Below, piece after piece: positions 16,559-25,002 of a DNA stretch of 28,350 nt. A program made the translations under genes and the position numbers. The notes below the pieces were generated by a model. The model had not been told where the DNA came from. It searched no databases and saw nothing but the letters and a program-made list of their open reading frames with translations. The stretch is taken from contig JBBQPO010000046.1 of assembly GCA_038217285.1 (NCBI GenBank), positions 1-28,350 of the forward strand, given 5' to 3'. The DNA comes from Chthonomonadales bacterium. Its GTDB lineage: Bacteria; Armatimonadota; Chthonomonadetes; Chthonomonadales; Chthonomonadaceae. The stretch's first letter is position 1. Each line of letters starts with the position of its first letter.

Positions 16559-17035
16559 TTAAATCAGTGAGATGATCCAGTTTACAAGTGCGCGGGCGGC
16601 CTGTACCATTTCTTTCGCGTCGTCTTCACGGGCAGGTTTGGGATCGTATCGCCAGCTTGAACGCCATTTCGCGTACCGATTCATTTGTCCCTCGCGCTCT
16701 TTGTTCATCTGACCCTCCAACTTGGTAAGGACTAAAAGATAGCGCAAATCATGTCCGGCTTCCCCGCAGATGTCCCGGACGTTCGGATCAGTCTTGCGAA
16801 GTTCCCCGAGAACTTCCGAAAGGCGTTGCGACGGCGGATGCTGTGTAATCAAATACGCTTTGAGCAGGCATTCGACACCATATCCACAGAGGTACATCGC
16901 ACCACGCATATGCCGTGCAGATGCTCCCTGTTCCTGGGTATCTATCGTAGGAGGGTTCAGCATGTGTTCTGCGTCGCGCAGACGCTGCATTCCACTCTTG
17001 CGAAAGCTTGTCAGTCCGTCGAACTCCGGCACCAT
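16559..17035 (-). CDS. HEPN domain protein
   Basis: RLRDAEHML...GAMYLCGYGVECLLKA...HDL...WRY...DAKEMVQAA pattern of HEPN (PF05168-like) proteins. Confidence 0.8.
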   Translation of the reverse strand: MVPEFDGLTSFRKSGMQRLRDAEHMLNPPTIDTQEQGASARHMRGAMYLCGYGVECLLKAYLITQHPPSQRLSEVLGELRKTDPNVRDICGEAGHDLRYLLVLTKLEGQMNKEREGQMNRYAKWRSSWRYDPKPAREDDAKEMVQAARALVNWIISLI

Positions 17036-17127
17036 GGGCCTCCTCTCTACGCGTCCGACCGATAAACCTGCCTTTTCCCGCTACCGCGACGATTCGTCAA
17101 ATTCGAGAAGGAGAAGGCAGGCATGGT

Positions 17128-18405
17128 TCAGTCAGGCGTTGGGTCGTGGCGCTGGAGGATGAGGGTGGCGTTGTGGCCGCCGAAGCCGAAGGAGTTGGAC
17201 ATTGCGACCCGCACATCCGCCTTGCGTGGCGTATTGGGCACGTAGTCGAGATCGCAGTTCGGGTCGGGCGTCTCGTAGTTGGTCGTCGGGGCGACGATGC
17301 CGTCGCGGATGGTGAGGGCGCAGAGGATCGCCTCGACGGCCCCAGCCGCGCCGATCAGATGGCCCGTCACCGATTTGGTGGAGCTGATGGGGATCTTGTA
17401 GGCGTGTTCACCGAACACGGTCTTGATCGCGGCGGTTTCGTTCTTGTCGTTCAGCACGGTCGAGGTGCCGTGCGCGTTGATATAGTCGATGGCCTCGGGC
17501 GCGAGGCCCGCCGAGCGCAGCGCCGCCTTCATGGCACGGGCCGCGCCTTCGCCTTCGGGCGCGGGCGCGGTGATATGGAAAGCGTCGCCCGCCATGCCGT
17601 AGCCGATCACCTCGGCGTAGATCGTCGCGCCGCGCGCCTGCGCCGCTTCCAGCGTCTCCAGGATCACGACGCCGCTGCCTTCGGACATCACGAACCCGTC
17701 CCGGTCGGCCTCGAAGGGACGGCTGGCGTGTTCCGGATCGTCGTTGCGCTGCGAGAGCGAGCGCGCCTGGCAGAATCCCGCCATGCCGAGCGGAGTGATA
17801 CAGGCCTCCGCGCCGCCCGCGATCATCGCGTCCGCGTCGCCGCGTCGGATCACTTCGTAGGCGTCCCCGATGCTGTTGGTCCCGGTCGCGCAGGCGGTCG
17901 TGATGCAGGAGTTGGGGCCGCGCGCGCCGGTCAGGATTGAGACCATCCCGGCGCCCATGTCGCAGATGATGCCAGGAATCAGGAAGGGCGAGATACGGCC
18001 CGGTCCGCGCTCCAGCAGAATCTTATGCTGCTCCTCGATGGTCGCCAGCCCGCCGATGCCCGAGCCGATATAGACGCCCGTGCGGTCGCGGTTCTCTTCG
18101 GTGATCTTCAAGCCCGAATCGGCGAGCGCCGTCAGGGCGGCGGCGACGGCGAACTGGATGAACCGGTCCATGCGCCGCGCCTCTTTTTTATCCATCCAGG
18201 GCGACGGATCCCACTCTTTGATCCCGCCCGCAAAGCGCGTCGAGTAGCCTGTCGTATCGAAAGCTTCGATGGGCGAAATAGCCGAGCAGCCAGAAAGACA
18301 GGCTTTCCACAAGGTCTCGGCGTCCAGCCCCAGAGCGGTGATCGCTCCCACACCCGTTATCACAACGCGCCGGCGGCGTGTCGCGGTCGTCATATCGCTC
18401 ATCAT
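17128..18405 (-). CDS. fabF: Beta-ketoacyl-ACP synthase II
   Basis: RRVVITG, TACATG, INAHGTST, GHLIGAAG, SNSFGFGGHN. Confidence 0.98.
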   Translation of the reverse strand: MMSDMTTATRRRRVVITGVGAITALGLDAETLWKACLSGCSAISPIEAFDTTGYSTRFAGGIKEWDPSPWMDKKEARRMDRFIQFAVAAALTALADSGLKITEENRDRTGVYIGSGIGGLATIEEQHKILLERGPGRISPFLIPGIICDMGAGMVSILTGARGPNSCITTACATGTNSIGDAYEVIRRGDADAMIAGGAEACITPLGMAGFCQARSLSQRNDDPEHASRPFEADRDGFVMSEGSGVVILETLEAAQARGATIYAEVIGYGMAGDAFHITAPAPEGEGAARAMKAALRSAGLAPEAIDYINAHGTSTVLNDKNETAAIKTVFGEHAYKIPISSTKSVTGHLIGAAGAVEAILCALTIRDGIVAPTTNYETPDPNCDLDYVPNTPRKADVRVAMSNSFGFGGHNATLILQRHDPTPD

Positions 18406-18510
18406 AGCGTTCCTTCACCCCTGCGACGGTCAGACGAAACGACAGGGAGGAGGCGAGATCTCCGCCGCCCCCCGGTCTATACGCTGTCCGCCGTCTGTTT
18501 CGGGTCCGGG

Positions 18511-18747
18511 TCAGGCCTTCGCCTTCTCCTCCACGTAGTTCACGATGTCTTGCACGGTCGGCAGTTTTTCGGCGTCCTGATCGGAGACTTCGATGTCGAA
18601 CTCCTCTTCCAGGCCCATCACGATCTCGACCACATCCAGCGAATCCGCCCCAAGGTCGTCCACAATGTTGGCGGTCGGGGTCACTTCATCCTCGCTCACT
18701 TCCAACTGCTCCATCAGTACTTTACGTACGCGCTCCAGTGTCGTCAT
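18511..18747 (-). CDS. acpP: Acyl carrier protein
   Basis: [20 protein letters not shown]. Confidence 0.98.
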   Translation of the reverse strand: MTTLERVRKVLMEQLEVSEDEVTPTANIVDDLGADSLDVVEIVMGLEEEFDIEVSDQDAEKLPTVQDIVNYVEEKAKA

Positions 18748-18796
18748 CTATGTTCTCCTCCAGCGGCAGTTATGCCGTCGTTGTTATAATCGAAAC

Positions 18797-18825
18797 ATTG
18801 TACCGCTTCGTTCTATCGCTGACAA
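18797..18825 (-). promoter_or_regulatory. Sigma70-type internal promoter for acpP
   Basis: Minus strand TTGTCA-N17-TACAAT, about 50 nt upstream of the acpP ATG. Confidence 0.55.
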
Positions 18826-18932
18826 AATTGCCGCGTGAGCGGGTTGCCTAACCCCTAGCCCCCTCCCCGACACGTTACGGGCTCATTGCGTTCGGGAATC
18901 AAGAGGAATTTCCTCTCCTGGCTGCGAAACGT

Positions 18933-19691
18933 TTACATGAATAGTCCGCCGTCTATGGAGATGACTTCGCCCTGGATATAAGCGGCATCTTCCGAACAGA
19001 GGAAGGCGACCACGCGGGCCACATCCTCGGACGCCCCCAGACGGCCCAGGGGAATCTGTTTCAAAATTACGTCGCGGTATTCGGGTTTGAGCGCCTCGGT
19101 CATCTCGGTTTCGATGAAGCCCGGCGCGACCGCGTTGACCCGGATATTGCGCGACCCCAGCTCTTTTGCCAGCGATTTCGTCAGGCCAATCAGCCCGGCT
19201 TTCGAGGCGCTGTAGTTCACCTGGCCCGCGCCACCCGACTTCCCGATCACCGACCCGACGTTTACGATGACGCCGCTCTTCTGCTTGAGCATCAGGGTCG
19301 CCGCCGTCTTGGAGCAGAGAAAGGCGCCTTTGAGGTTGGTATCCAGCACGGCGTCCCAGTCCTCTTCGGTCATCCGCATGATCAGCTTGTCGCGGGTGAT
19401 CCCGGCATTGTTGACCAGGATGTCGATGCGACCATACTTCTCCTGCGCGGCCTTGATGAGCGCCTCCGCTTCGGCGGGTATGGCGACGCTGCCCTGCACG
19501 GCGGTGGCTTCGCCGCCTGCGGCCTGGATCTGCGCGACTACCTGCTCGGCGGCCTCCGCACTCCTGCTGTAGTTTACCACGACCCTCGCGCCCTCTTTCG
19601 CCAGCGTCAGGGCGATGGCCGCGCCGATGCCCCGGCCTGCCCCCGTGACCACGGCCACTTTGTCGGCTAATCGCAAGGTGTTAATTCCCAT
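18933..19691 (-). CDS. fabG: 3-oxoacyl-ACP reductase
   Basis: TGAGRGIG, NNAGITRD, YSASKAG, VAPGFIET. Confidence 0.97.
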   Translation of the reverse strand: MGINTLRLADKVAVVTGAGRGIGAAIALTLAKEGARVVVNYSRSAEAAEQVVAQIQAAGGEATAVQGSVAIPAEAEALIKAAQEKYGRIDILVNNAGITRDKLIMRMTEEDWDAVLDTNLKGAFLCSKTAATLMLKQKSGVIVNVGSVIGKSGGAGQVNYSASKAGLIGLTKSLAKELGSRNIRVNAVAPGFIETEMTEALKPEYRDVILKQIPLGRLGASEDVARVVAFLCSEDAAYIQGEVISIDGGLFM

Positions 19692-20634
19692 CTCTCTTCA
19701 ACGTTTCGCAGGCGGCTTCCAACGTCGGCTGGTCGTGTACGCTGAGCGCCTGGGCGGTCTTGTCGATGCGCCGCATCAGTCCGGTCAGCACTTCGCCGCT
19801 GCCGAGTTCGACGAAGGTCTCCACCCCGTCATTCCGCAGACGCTGTACGGACTCCTCCCACCGAACACTGCCGCTTACCTGGCGGGTCAGGCCGCTCATC
19901 AGGTCGCCGGGAGTCTCGATGTAGTCGGCATCGACGTTGGTGACGATGCGCACACTCGGCTTGCGAAAAGTGGCGCGGGAGATCGATTCGAACAGCGCGT
20001 CGCCCGCCGTCACCATCAGCGGCGAGTGGAACGCGCCCGAGACGGGAATCGGGATCACCCGCTTCGCGCCCTTCGCCTTCGCGATCTCACCGGCCCTCTC
20101 GACCGCCTCGCTCTCGCCGGAGATGACGATCTGCCCACCGCCGTTGTAGTTGGCGACGGTGACGATCTTGCCGGTCTCGGCGCGTGCCTCGTCGCAAGCG
20201 GCCCGCGCCGCTTCCGCTTCCAGCCCCAGCACCGCCGCCATCGTGCCCGGTGTGCGCTTGCCGGCGTCGCGCATCAACTCACCGCGCGTCCGCACCAGCC
20301 GCAGCCCTTCCTCAAAATCCAGTACACCCGCCGCCGTAAGCGCGGCATACTCGCCAACGCTATGTCCGGCGACCGCATCCGGTGTCAGCCCACAGGTCTC
20401 GGTAAAACAGCGAAAAGCGGACACGCCTGTCGTATAGAGCGCGACCTGTGCGTTCTCGGTCTCCCGCAAGGTCTCCTCGGGGCCATCGAAGCAGAGGGTC
20501 TGCAGGTCGAAGCCCAGAATCGCGTTGGCCTGCGCGAACAGCTCTCGCGCAACGGCGTAGTGTTCGCAGAACGAGCGGCCCATGCCGACCTTCTGCGACC
20601 CCTGCCCCGGAAAGAGAAAGGCGAGTTTGCTCAT
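19681..20634 (-). CDS. fabD: Malonyl-CoA:ACP transacylase
   Basis: FLFPGQGSQ, GHSVGEY, SGAFHS. Confidence 0.97.
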   Translation of the reverse strand: MSKLAFLFPGQGSQKVGMGRSFCEHYAVARELFAQANAILGFDLQTLCFDGPEETLRETENAQVALYTTGVSAFRCFTETCGLTPDAVAGHSVGEYAALTAAGVLDFEEGLRLVRTRGELMRDAGKRTPGTMAAVLGLEAEAARAACDEARAETGKIVTVANYNGGGQIVISGESEAVERAGEIAKAKGAKRVIPIPVSGAFHSPLMVTAGDALFESISRATFRKPSVRIVTNVDADYIETPGDLMSGLTRQVSGSVRWEESVQRLRNDGVETFVELGSGEVLTGLMRRIDKTAQALSVHDQPTLEAACETLKRDGN

Positions 20635-20635
20635 G

Positions 20636-21697
20636 TCAGCGGCTGCCCTCATCGCGGCTCCAGCGGATGACGTTGGCCGCCCAGGTGAGGCCCGCGCCGA
20701 ACCCGACCGTCACCACGATGTCGCCGCGTTTCAGGCGGCCCTGCTGCGCGGCCTCTGTGAGGGCGATGGGGATCGAGGCCGCCGAGGTGTTGCCGTAGCG
20801 ATCAACATTGACGAACAGGCGGTCGGCGGAGATATGAAGACGTTTGCCTACGCCTTCGATGATGCGCAGGTTGGCCTGGTGCAAAACCAGGAGACTCACG
20901 TCTTCCGTTCGCAGGCAGGCGCGGTGGAGTGCCTCTTCGATCACATCCGGGATGACCTTCATGACGAACTCGTAGACCTCGCGGCCCTTCATGTGAATCG
21001 TGTTGTGCTTCAAGGCGATTTCGGCCTCGGTGAGTGGGGTGCGGGTGCCGCCCGCAGGCATCCAGACCGACTCTATTTCGCTGCCGTCCGACCCGAGTGT
21101 AGAGGCCAGCACACCCTCGTCTGCAGCGCAGGGGGTCAGCACCGCCGCGCCGGCCCCGTCGCCGAACAGAATGCAGGTCGAGCGATCCTCCCAGTTGACC
21201 TGTTTGGTGAGCGTGTCCGCCCCGATGACCAGGATACGGCGCATCGCGCCGCTCTGCAGGAAGCCTGCTGCGGTGGCCAGGCCGTAGCAGAAGCCCGAGC
21301 AGGCCGCGCTGAGATCGAAAGCGGCGGCGCGTTTGGCGCCCAGGCGGTTCTGCACGATGCAGGCGGTCGCGGGCCAGAGATAGTCACCGGTCGCGGTCGC
21401 GCAGAGCACCAGATCGAGGTCGGCGGCGGCGATACCGGCGTCGGCAAGGGCGCGCTCCGCCGCAATGGTCGCCAGATCGGAGGTCGCGGTGTCGGCATCG
21501 CAGACACGCCGCTCGCGGATACCGGTGCGTTTGGTGATCCACTCATCGGTGGTGTCCACCATCTTCGCCAGATCTTCGTTCGTCAAAATACGGTCGGGAA
21601 CGCACATTCCCAGCCCAACGATACCGGCGTGAAAGCCTTCGCCAGGTGCGAGCGGGGGGGCGGCCGGTGCAGGCCGTGCGTTCGGTTGTGCAGTCAT
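20636..21697 (-). CDS. fabH: Beta-ketoacyl-ACP synthase III
   Basis: AACSGF, LFGDGAGA, HQAN, YGNTSAAS, GFGAGLTW. Start at ATG 21697 after GAGG. Confidence 0.97.
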   Translation of the reverse strand: MTAQPNARPAPAAPPLAPGEGFHAGIVGLGMCVPDRILTNEDLAKMVDTTDEWITKRTGIRERRVCDADTATSDLATIAAERALADAGIAAADLDLVLCATATGDYLWPATACIVQNRLGAKRAAAFDLSAACSGFCYGLATAAGFLQSGAMRRILVIGADTLTKQVNWEDRSTCILFGDGAGAAVLTPCAADEGVLASTLGSDGSEIESVWMPAGGTRTPLTEAEIALKHNTIHMKGREVYEFVMKVIPDVIEEALHRACLRTEDVSLLVLHQANLRIIEGVGKRLHISADRLFVNVDRYGNTSAASIPIALTEAAQQGRLKRGDIVVTVGFGAGLTWAANVIRWSRDEGSR

Positions 21698-21773
21698 ATA
21701 CCAACCTCGGTTCTTGTCAGCGGTCCACGCCCATCGGCGCTCCGAAAATAAGGAGTGCGAATGCCCACAGCCT

Positions 21774-22820
21774 TTAGACGACAGGGGGAGGCGGGGGCGG
21801 ATCGCAGATACGCTGACGAATGGTATCGATAAGGGTATGCTGTGCGGCGCGTTCGGCGGCGCGACAGGCGTTGCTGACGGCGACACGGTCGGACCGACCG
21901 TGCCCGATGATGCAGATGCCGTTGACGCCCAGCAGCGGCGCGCCGCCGCTCTCGGCGTAGTCGATGCGCTGGCGCAGCCGACGCAGCGAGGGCAGCAGCG
22001 GAGCGACGAGCGGCTTCATCCAGAGTTTACTGCTCAGCTCCTCCCGTAGGAGGCGCATGACCATTTCGGCGACGCCTTCGCCAGTCTTCAAGACGACATT
22101 ACCGACGAAGCCGTCGCATACGGCGACATCGACTTCGCCCCGAAAGATGTCCCGGCCTTCGACATTACCGCTAAAATGGAAGGGGACGTCGCCCTGCAGC
22201 GCCTGTTGAAACAAGGCATGGGTTCGCTTCACCAGGGCATTGCCTTTGATCTCCTCCTCACCGTTGGAGACCAGACCGACGCGGGGATTTTTGATTCCCA
22301 GCACCTGCTCGGCATAGATACTGCCCATGATCGCGAACTCGAACAGGTTGTTCGGGTCGCAGTCTACGGTCGCACCGGCATCAAGCAGCACGACGGGACC
22401 TTTGAGGGAGGGCAGCGGCACGGCGATAGCCGGCCGATCCACGCCCTTGATGCGGCCCCAGCTCAAGAGCGAAACCGCCATCGCCGCCCCGGTGTTGGCA
22501 ATGGTGACGAGAGCGTCCGCCTTTTTCTCTTTGACGAGCCTTGCCGCCACCACCAGGGAGGCGTCGGGCTTGCGTTTGAGCGCCGTAGCGGGCGCGTCGT
22601 CCATCTCGATCACCTGCGTGGCGGGCACAATCTCCAGATTAGCGCATGCCGGACGCAGGCGGGCGAGTTCGGGTTCCAGCACGGTCGGATCGCCCACCAG
22701 GAGGAAGTGCGCCTGCCGGGAGGCACGGGCCGCCGCATAGACGCCCTGTGCCACCTCTGCCGGGCCTCTATCCCCTCCCATCGCGTCGACGGCGATCCGA
22801 ATAGTCGTTGTCGAACTCAC
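21774..22820 (-). CDS. plsX: Phosphate acyltransferase
   Basis: IAVDAMGGD, NTGA, RPAIA, LLDAGA, CDGFVGNV, GGAPLLGV, GHGRS. Confidence 0.97.
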   Translation of the reverse strand: MSSTTTIRIAVDAMGGDRGPAEVAQGVYAAARASRQAHFLLVGDPTVLEPELARLRPACANLEIVPATQVIEMDDAPATALKRKPDASLVVAARLVKEKKADALVTIANTGAAMAVSLLSWGRIKGVDRPAIAVPLPSLKGPVVLLDAGATVDCDPNNLFEFAIMGSIYAEQVLGIKNPRVGLVSNGEEEIKGNALVKRTHALFQQALQGDVPFHFSGNVEGRDIFRGEVDVAVCDGFVGNVVLKTGEGVAEMVMRLLREELSSKLWMKPLVAPLLPSLRRLRQRIDYAESGGAPLLGVNGICIIGHGRSDRVAVSNACRAAERAAQHTLIDTIRQRICDPPPPPPVV

Positions 22821-22826
22821 GGGTGG

Positions 22827-23030
22827 TTACTGATCCTGCTGATTCTCGTCTACAAGCTGGAAGATCTGACGACCTTTATAGCGGCCCGTGCTCGGGTCGA
22901 CATGGTGCATCAGGGTGAACTCACCGGGCTGCTCGAAGCTCGGAACCATCGCAGGATGATGGGTCAGTTTGTAGTGCGTCCGGCGTTTGCGGGTCCGCTG
23001 ATTGGAGTGGCGGCGTTTCGGGAGCGGCAT
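22827..23030 (-). CDS. rpmF: 50S ribosomal protein L32
   Basis: MPLPKRRHSNQRTRKRRTH...GRYKGRQI, located between yceD and plsX. Confidence 0.95.
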   Translation of the reverse strand: MPLPKRRHSNQRTRKRRTHYKLTHHPAMVPSFEQPGEFTLMHHVDPSTGRYKGRQIFQLVDENQQDQ

Positions 23031-23079
23031 TGTTTTTCTACCTTTCTTATATCGAAGCGGGAAGGCTTACGGCCCCCCG

Positions 23080-23649
23080 TCATTCGGGTGCGGGTTTCTC
23101 TTCCAGAAGTGCGCCGAGTTTGGCGAGGGCCGGGTTGACGGTCTTCACCTCCGGCATCTCGGCGGCCTCGGCCAGCACGCGCAGGACATCGGCGGCGTGG
23201 CGAAGACAGTGTGCGCAGCGTCCGTCCGGCAGGGCCAGAGGCAGTGGCTGCGTCGGTTCGTCCAGCAGAATATACTGGCGCAGCATCTCGGTCAACTCGA
23301 AGACCGAGCCATCGAACAGGGGTGCGGCCACGGGACTCTCGTCCTCTTCCACGATGGCGACCGTCGCCAGGGTACGCGGCCCGGCGGAGACATGGCGCAG
23401 TTCGAACATCTCGTCGATATCCAGCGCGACGGGCTGCTCGAAATACTCCCCGCAGCGGCTGCACGGCAGCGCGACCTGCGTATTCGCCTTGCCCTTGATG
23501 ATCAGAGCGCCGCCCGCGTTGGTGAAGGTGATATGTCCCTCGACCGGCTGCGTACACTCGACATCTTCATCTACGAGCGGCGGCTCTTGAATCTCGTAGC
23601 GTTCATGTTTGCCCGTTTCACGGAGCAACTCGGTAATATCGAGCCGCAT
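23080..23649 (-). CDS. yceD: DUF177/YceD 23S rRNA accumulation protein
   Basis: PCSRC motif, LTEMLRQYILL..P, NPALAKL. Canonical position before rpmF. Confidence 0.88.
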   Translation of the reverse strand: MRLDITELLRETGKHERYEIQEPPLVDEDVECTQPVEGHITFTNAGGALIIKGKANTQVALPCSRCGEYFEQPVALDIDEMFELRHVSAGPRTLATVAIVEEDESPVAAPLFDGSVFELTEMLRQYILLDEPTQPLPLALPDGRCAHCLRHAADVLRVLAEAAEMPEVKTVNPALAKLGALLEEKPAPE

Positions 23650-23666
23650 GTTTCTCTCCTCACCAA

Positions 23667-23772
23667 CGGGATTGAAATCCTGTTCTGAGAGGGGAAGTCC
23701 GCCTTCGCGGACTCAATGCCTTTTGAGTCCACGTAGGTGGACTTCCCGTATCAGAACGGCAATTCATTGCCG
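23667..23772. repeat. REP/REPIN-like nested inverted repeat
   Basis: Two ~50-bp arms in inverted orientation around TGCCTT, each containing two internal palindromes. Confidence 0.75.
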
Positions 23773-23778
23773 CGCGAA

Positions 23779-24417
23779 TTACTTGCGTTCCAGCGTCTCG
23801 CGTCCGCGTTGGATCTGCGTCACGGTTTTGCCGAGCACATTTTCCAGGTTGGTCAGGACGTCACGGGCATAGTCGTCGGAGCCGCGCCGGACGGCGTCGG
23901 CCTCCTGCTCGGCCCGCACCTTCAGCTCCTGCGCCTGGACCATCGCCTGCTGAACGATCTGGTCGTCGGCGACGAGCTGCGCGGCCTGGGCCTGCGCTTC
24001 GGCGATCAGCTCGGCCGTGTTGCGCTGGGTTTCGGCCTGTTTCTGCCGGGCCTCGGTGTCGGCGTTCTGACGGATGCGCGTGGCTTCCGCCTGCGCTTCG
24101 GCGTTCTGGCGGCGCGACTCTTCCCGCGCCTCCTCTTTCAGATGCGCGGCCTCGGCGCGGCCGCGTTCCAGCTCCTGGAGGGCGGCGCGGCGGGCCTCAC
24201 TCACCACACGGTCGGCGTTATCGCGGGTCTCTTCCACGATTCGTTCCGAGTCGCGGGCCAGTTTCGAGGCGCGTTTCATCTCTTCGGGCAGATTGGCCCG
24301 TATCTTCATGATGGTCATGTGGAACTTGTCCTCGTCGAACCGCAGCAGCGCCCCCATCATCTTGGGCGATTTTTCGACGAGGTCTTCCAGTTCCGTCAGT
24401 AGTTTGAGGATGTCCAC
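23779..24417 (-). CDS. Conserved coiled-coil protein (DivIVA / ATP synthase b-like) typical of coaD-yceD loci
   Basis: Probable GTG start 24417 (MDILKLLTELEDLVE; ORF track begins at 24546, overlapping coaD). IRANLPEE...DDYARDVL...IQRGR. Confidence 0.8.
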   Translation of the reverse strand: MDILKLLTELEDLVEKSPKMMGALLRFDEDKFHMTIMKIRANLPEEMKRASKLARDSERIVEETRDNADRVVSEARRAALQELERGRAEAAHLKEEAREESRRQNAEAQAEATRIRQNADTEARQKQAETQRNTAELIAEAQAQAAQLVADDQIVQQAMVQAQELKVRAEQEADAVRRGSDDYARDVLTNLENVLGKTVTQIQRGRETLERK

Positions 24418-24499
24418 CCCTTCGTGCGTGGGAGCGACGAAGCGCGGGACTTCCGTTGTGTTGATACTATTCTTATCGGCGCTGAGGCCGGGGTTCAGT

Positions 24500-24988
24500 T
24501 CAGGATTTTGGGTTTCCGACTTTTTGCCGGAGTCGTTCTTCAACACGGCTGGGTACCAACCCTTCCACCGACCCGCCGAGGCGGGCGATCTCTTTGACGA
24601 TATTCGAACTGAGGTAGGAGTACTCGGCCTCAGTCATCAGGAAGACGGTTTCGACAGCGTTGTTCAATCGTCGGTTCATCATCGCCATCTGCAGCTCATA
24701 CTCAAAGTCGGAGACGGCCCGCAGCCCTTTTACGATCACGGTCGCATCTCTGTTCAGCGCGTATTCGACCAGCAGCCCCTGGAACGCGTCCACGCTGACG
24801 TTCGACCAGGGCGCGCACGCCTCTTGCAGCATCTCGACCCGTTCGGCCAGCGTAAAGAGCGGCGTCTTGGTCGAGTTGGGCGCCACGGCGACCAGCACCG
24901 TCTCGAACATCCCGGCCGCGCGCGCGATAATGTCGAGGTGCCCGTTCGTCACCGGATCGAAGCTCCCCGGAACCAGCGCTCGTGCCAT
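24500..24988 (-). CDS. coaD: Phosphopantetheine adenylyltransferase
   Basis: PGSFDPVTNGHLDII, KGLRAVSDFEYE, YLSSNIVKE. Confidence 0.98.
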   Translation of the reverse strand: MARALVPGSFDPVTNGHLDIIARAAGMFETVLVAVAPNSTKTPLFTLAERVEMLQEACAPWSNVSVDAFQGLLVEYALNRDATVIVKGLRAVSDFEYELQMAMMNRRLNNAVETVFLMTEAEYSYLSSNIVKEIARLGGSVEGLVPSRVEERLRQKVGNPKS

Positions 24989-25002
24989 GCCTCACTCCTC
25001 AA

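Noticed and set aside
18845..18920. CCTAACCCCTAGCCCCCTCCCC... possible degenerate REP between acpP and fabG
   Set aside because: The complementary arm is poor and there is no second copy in the window.
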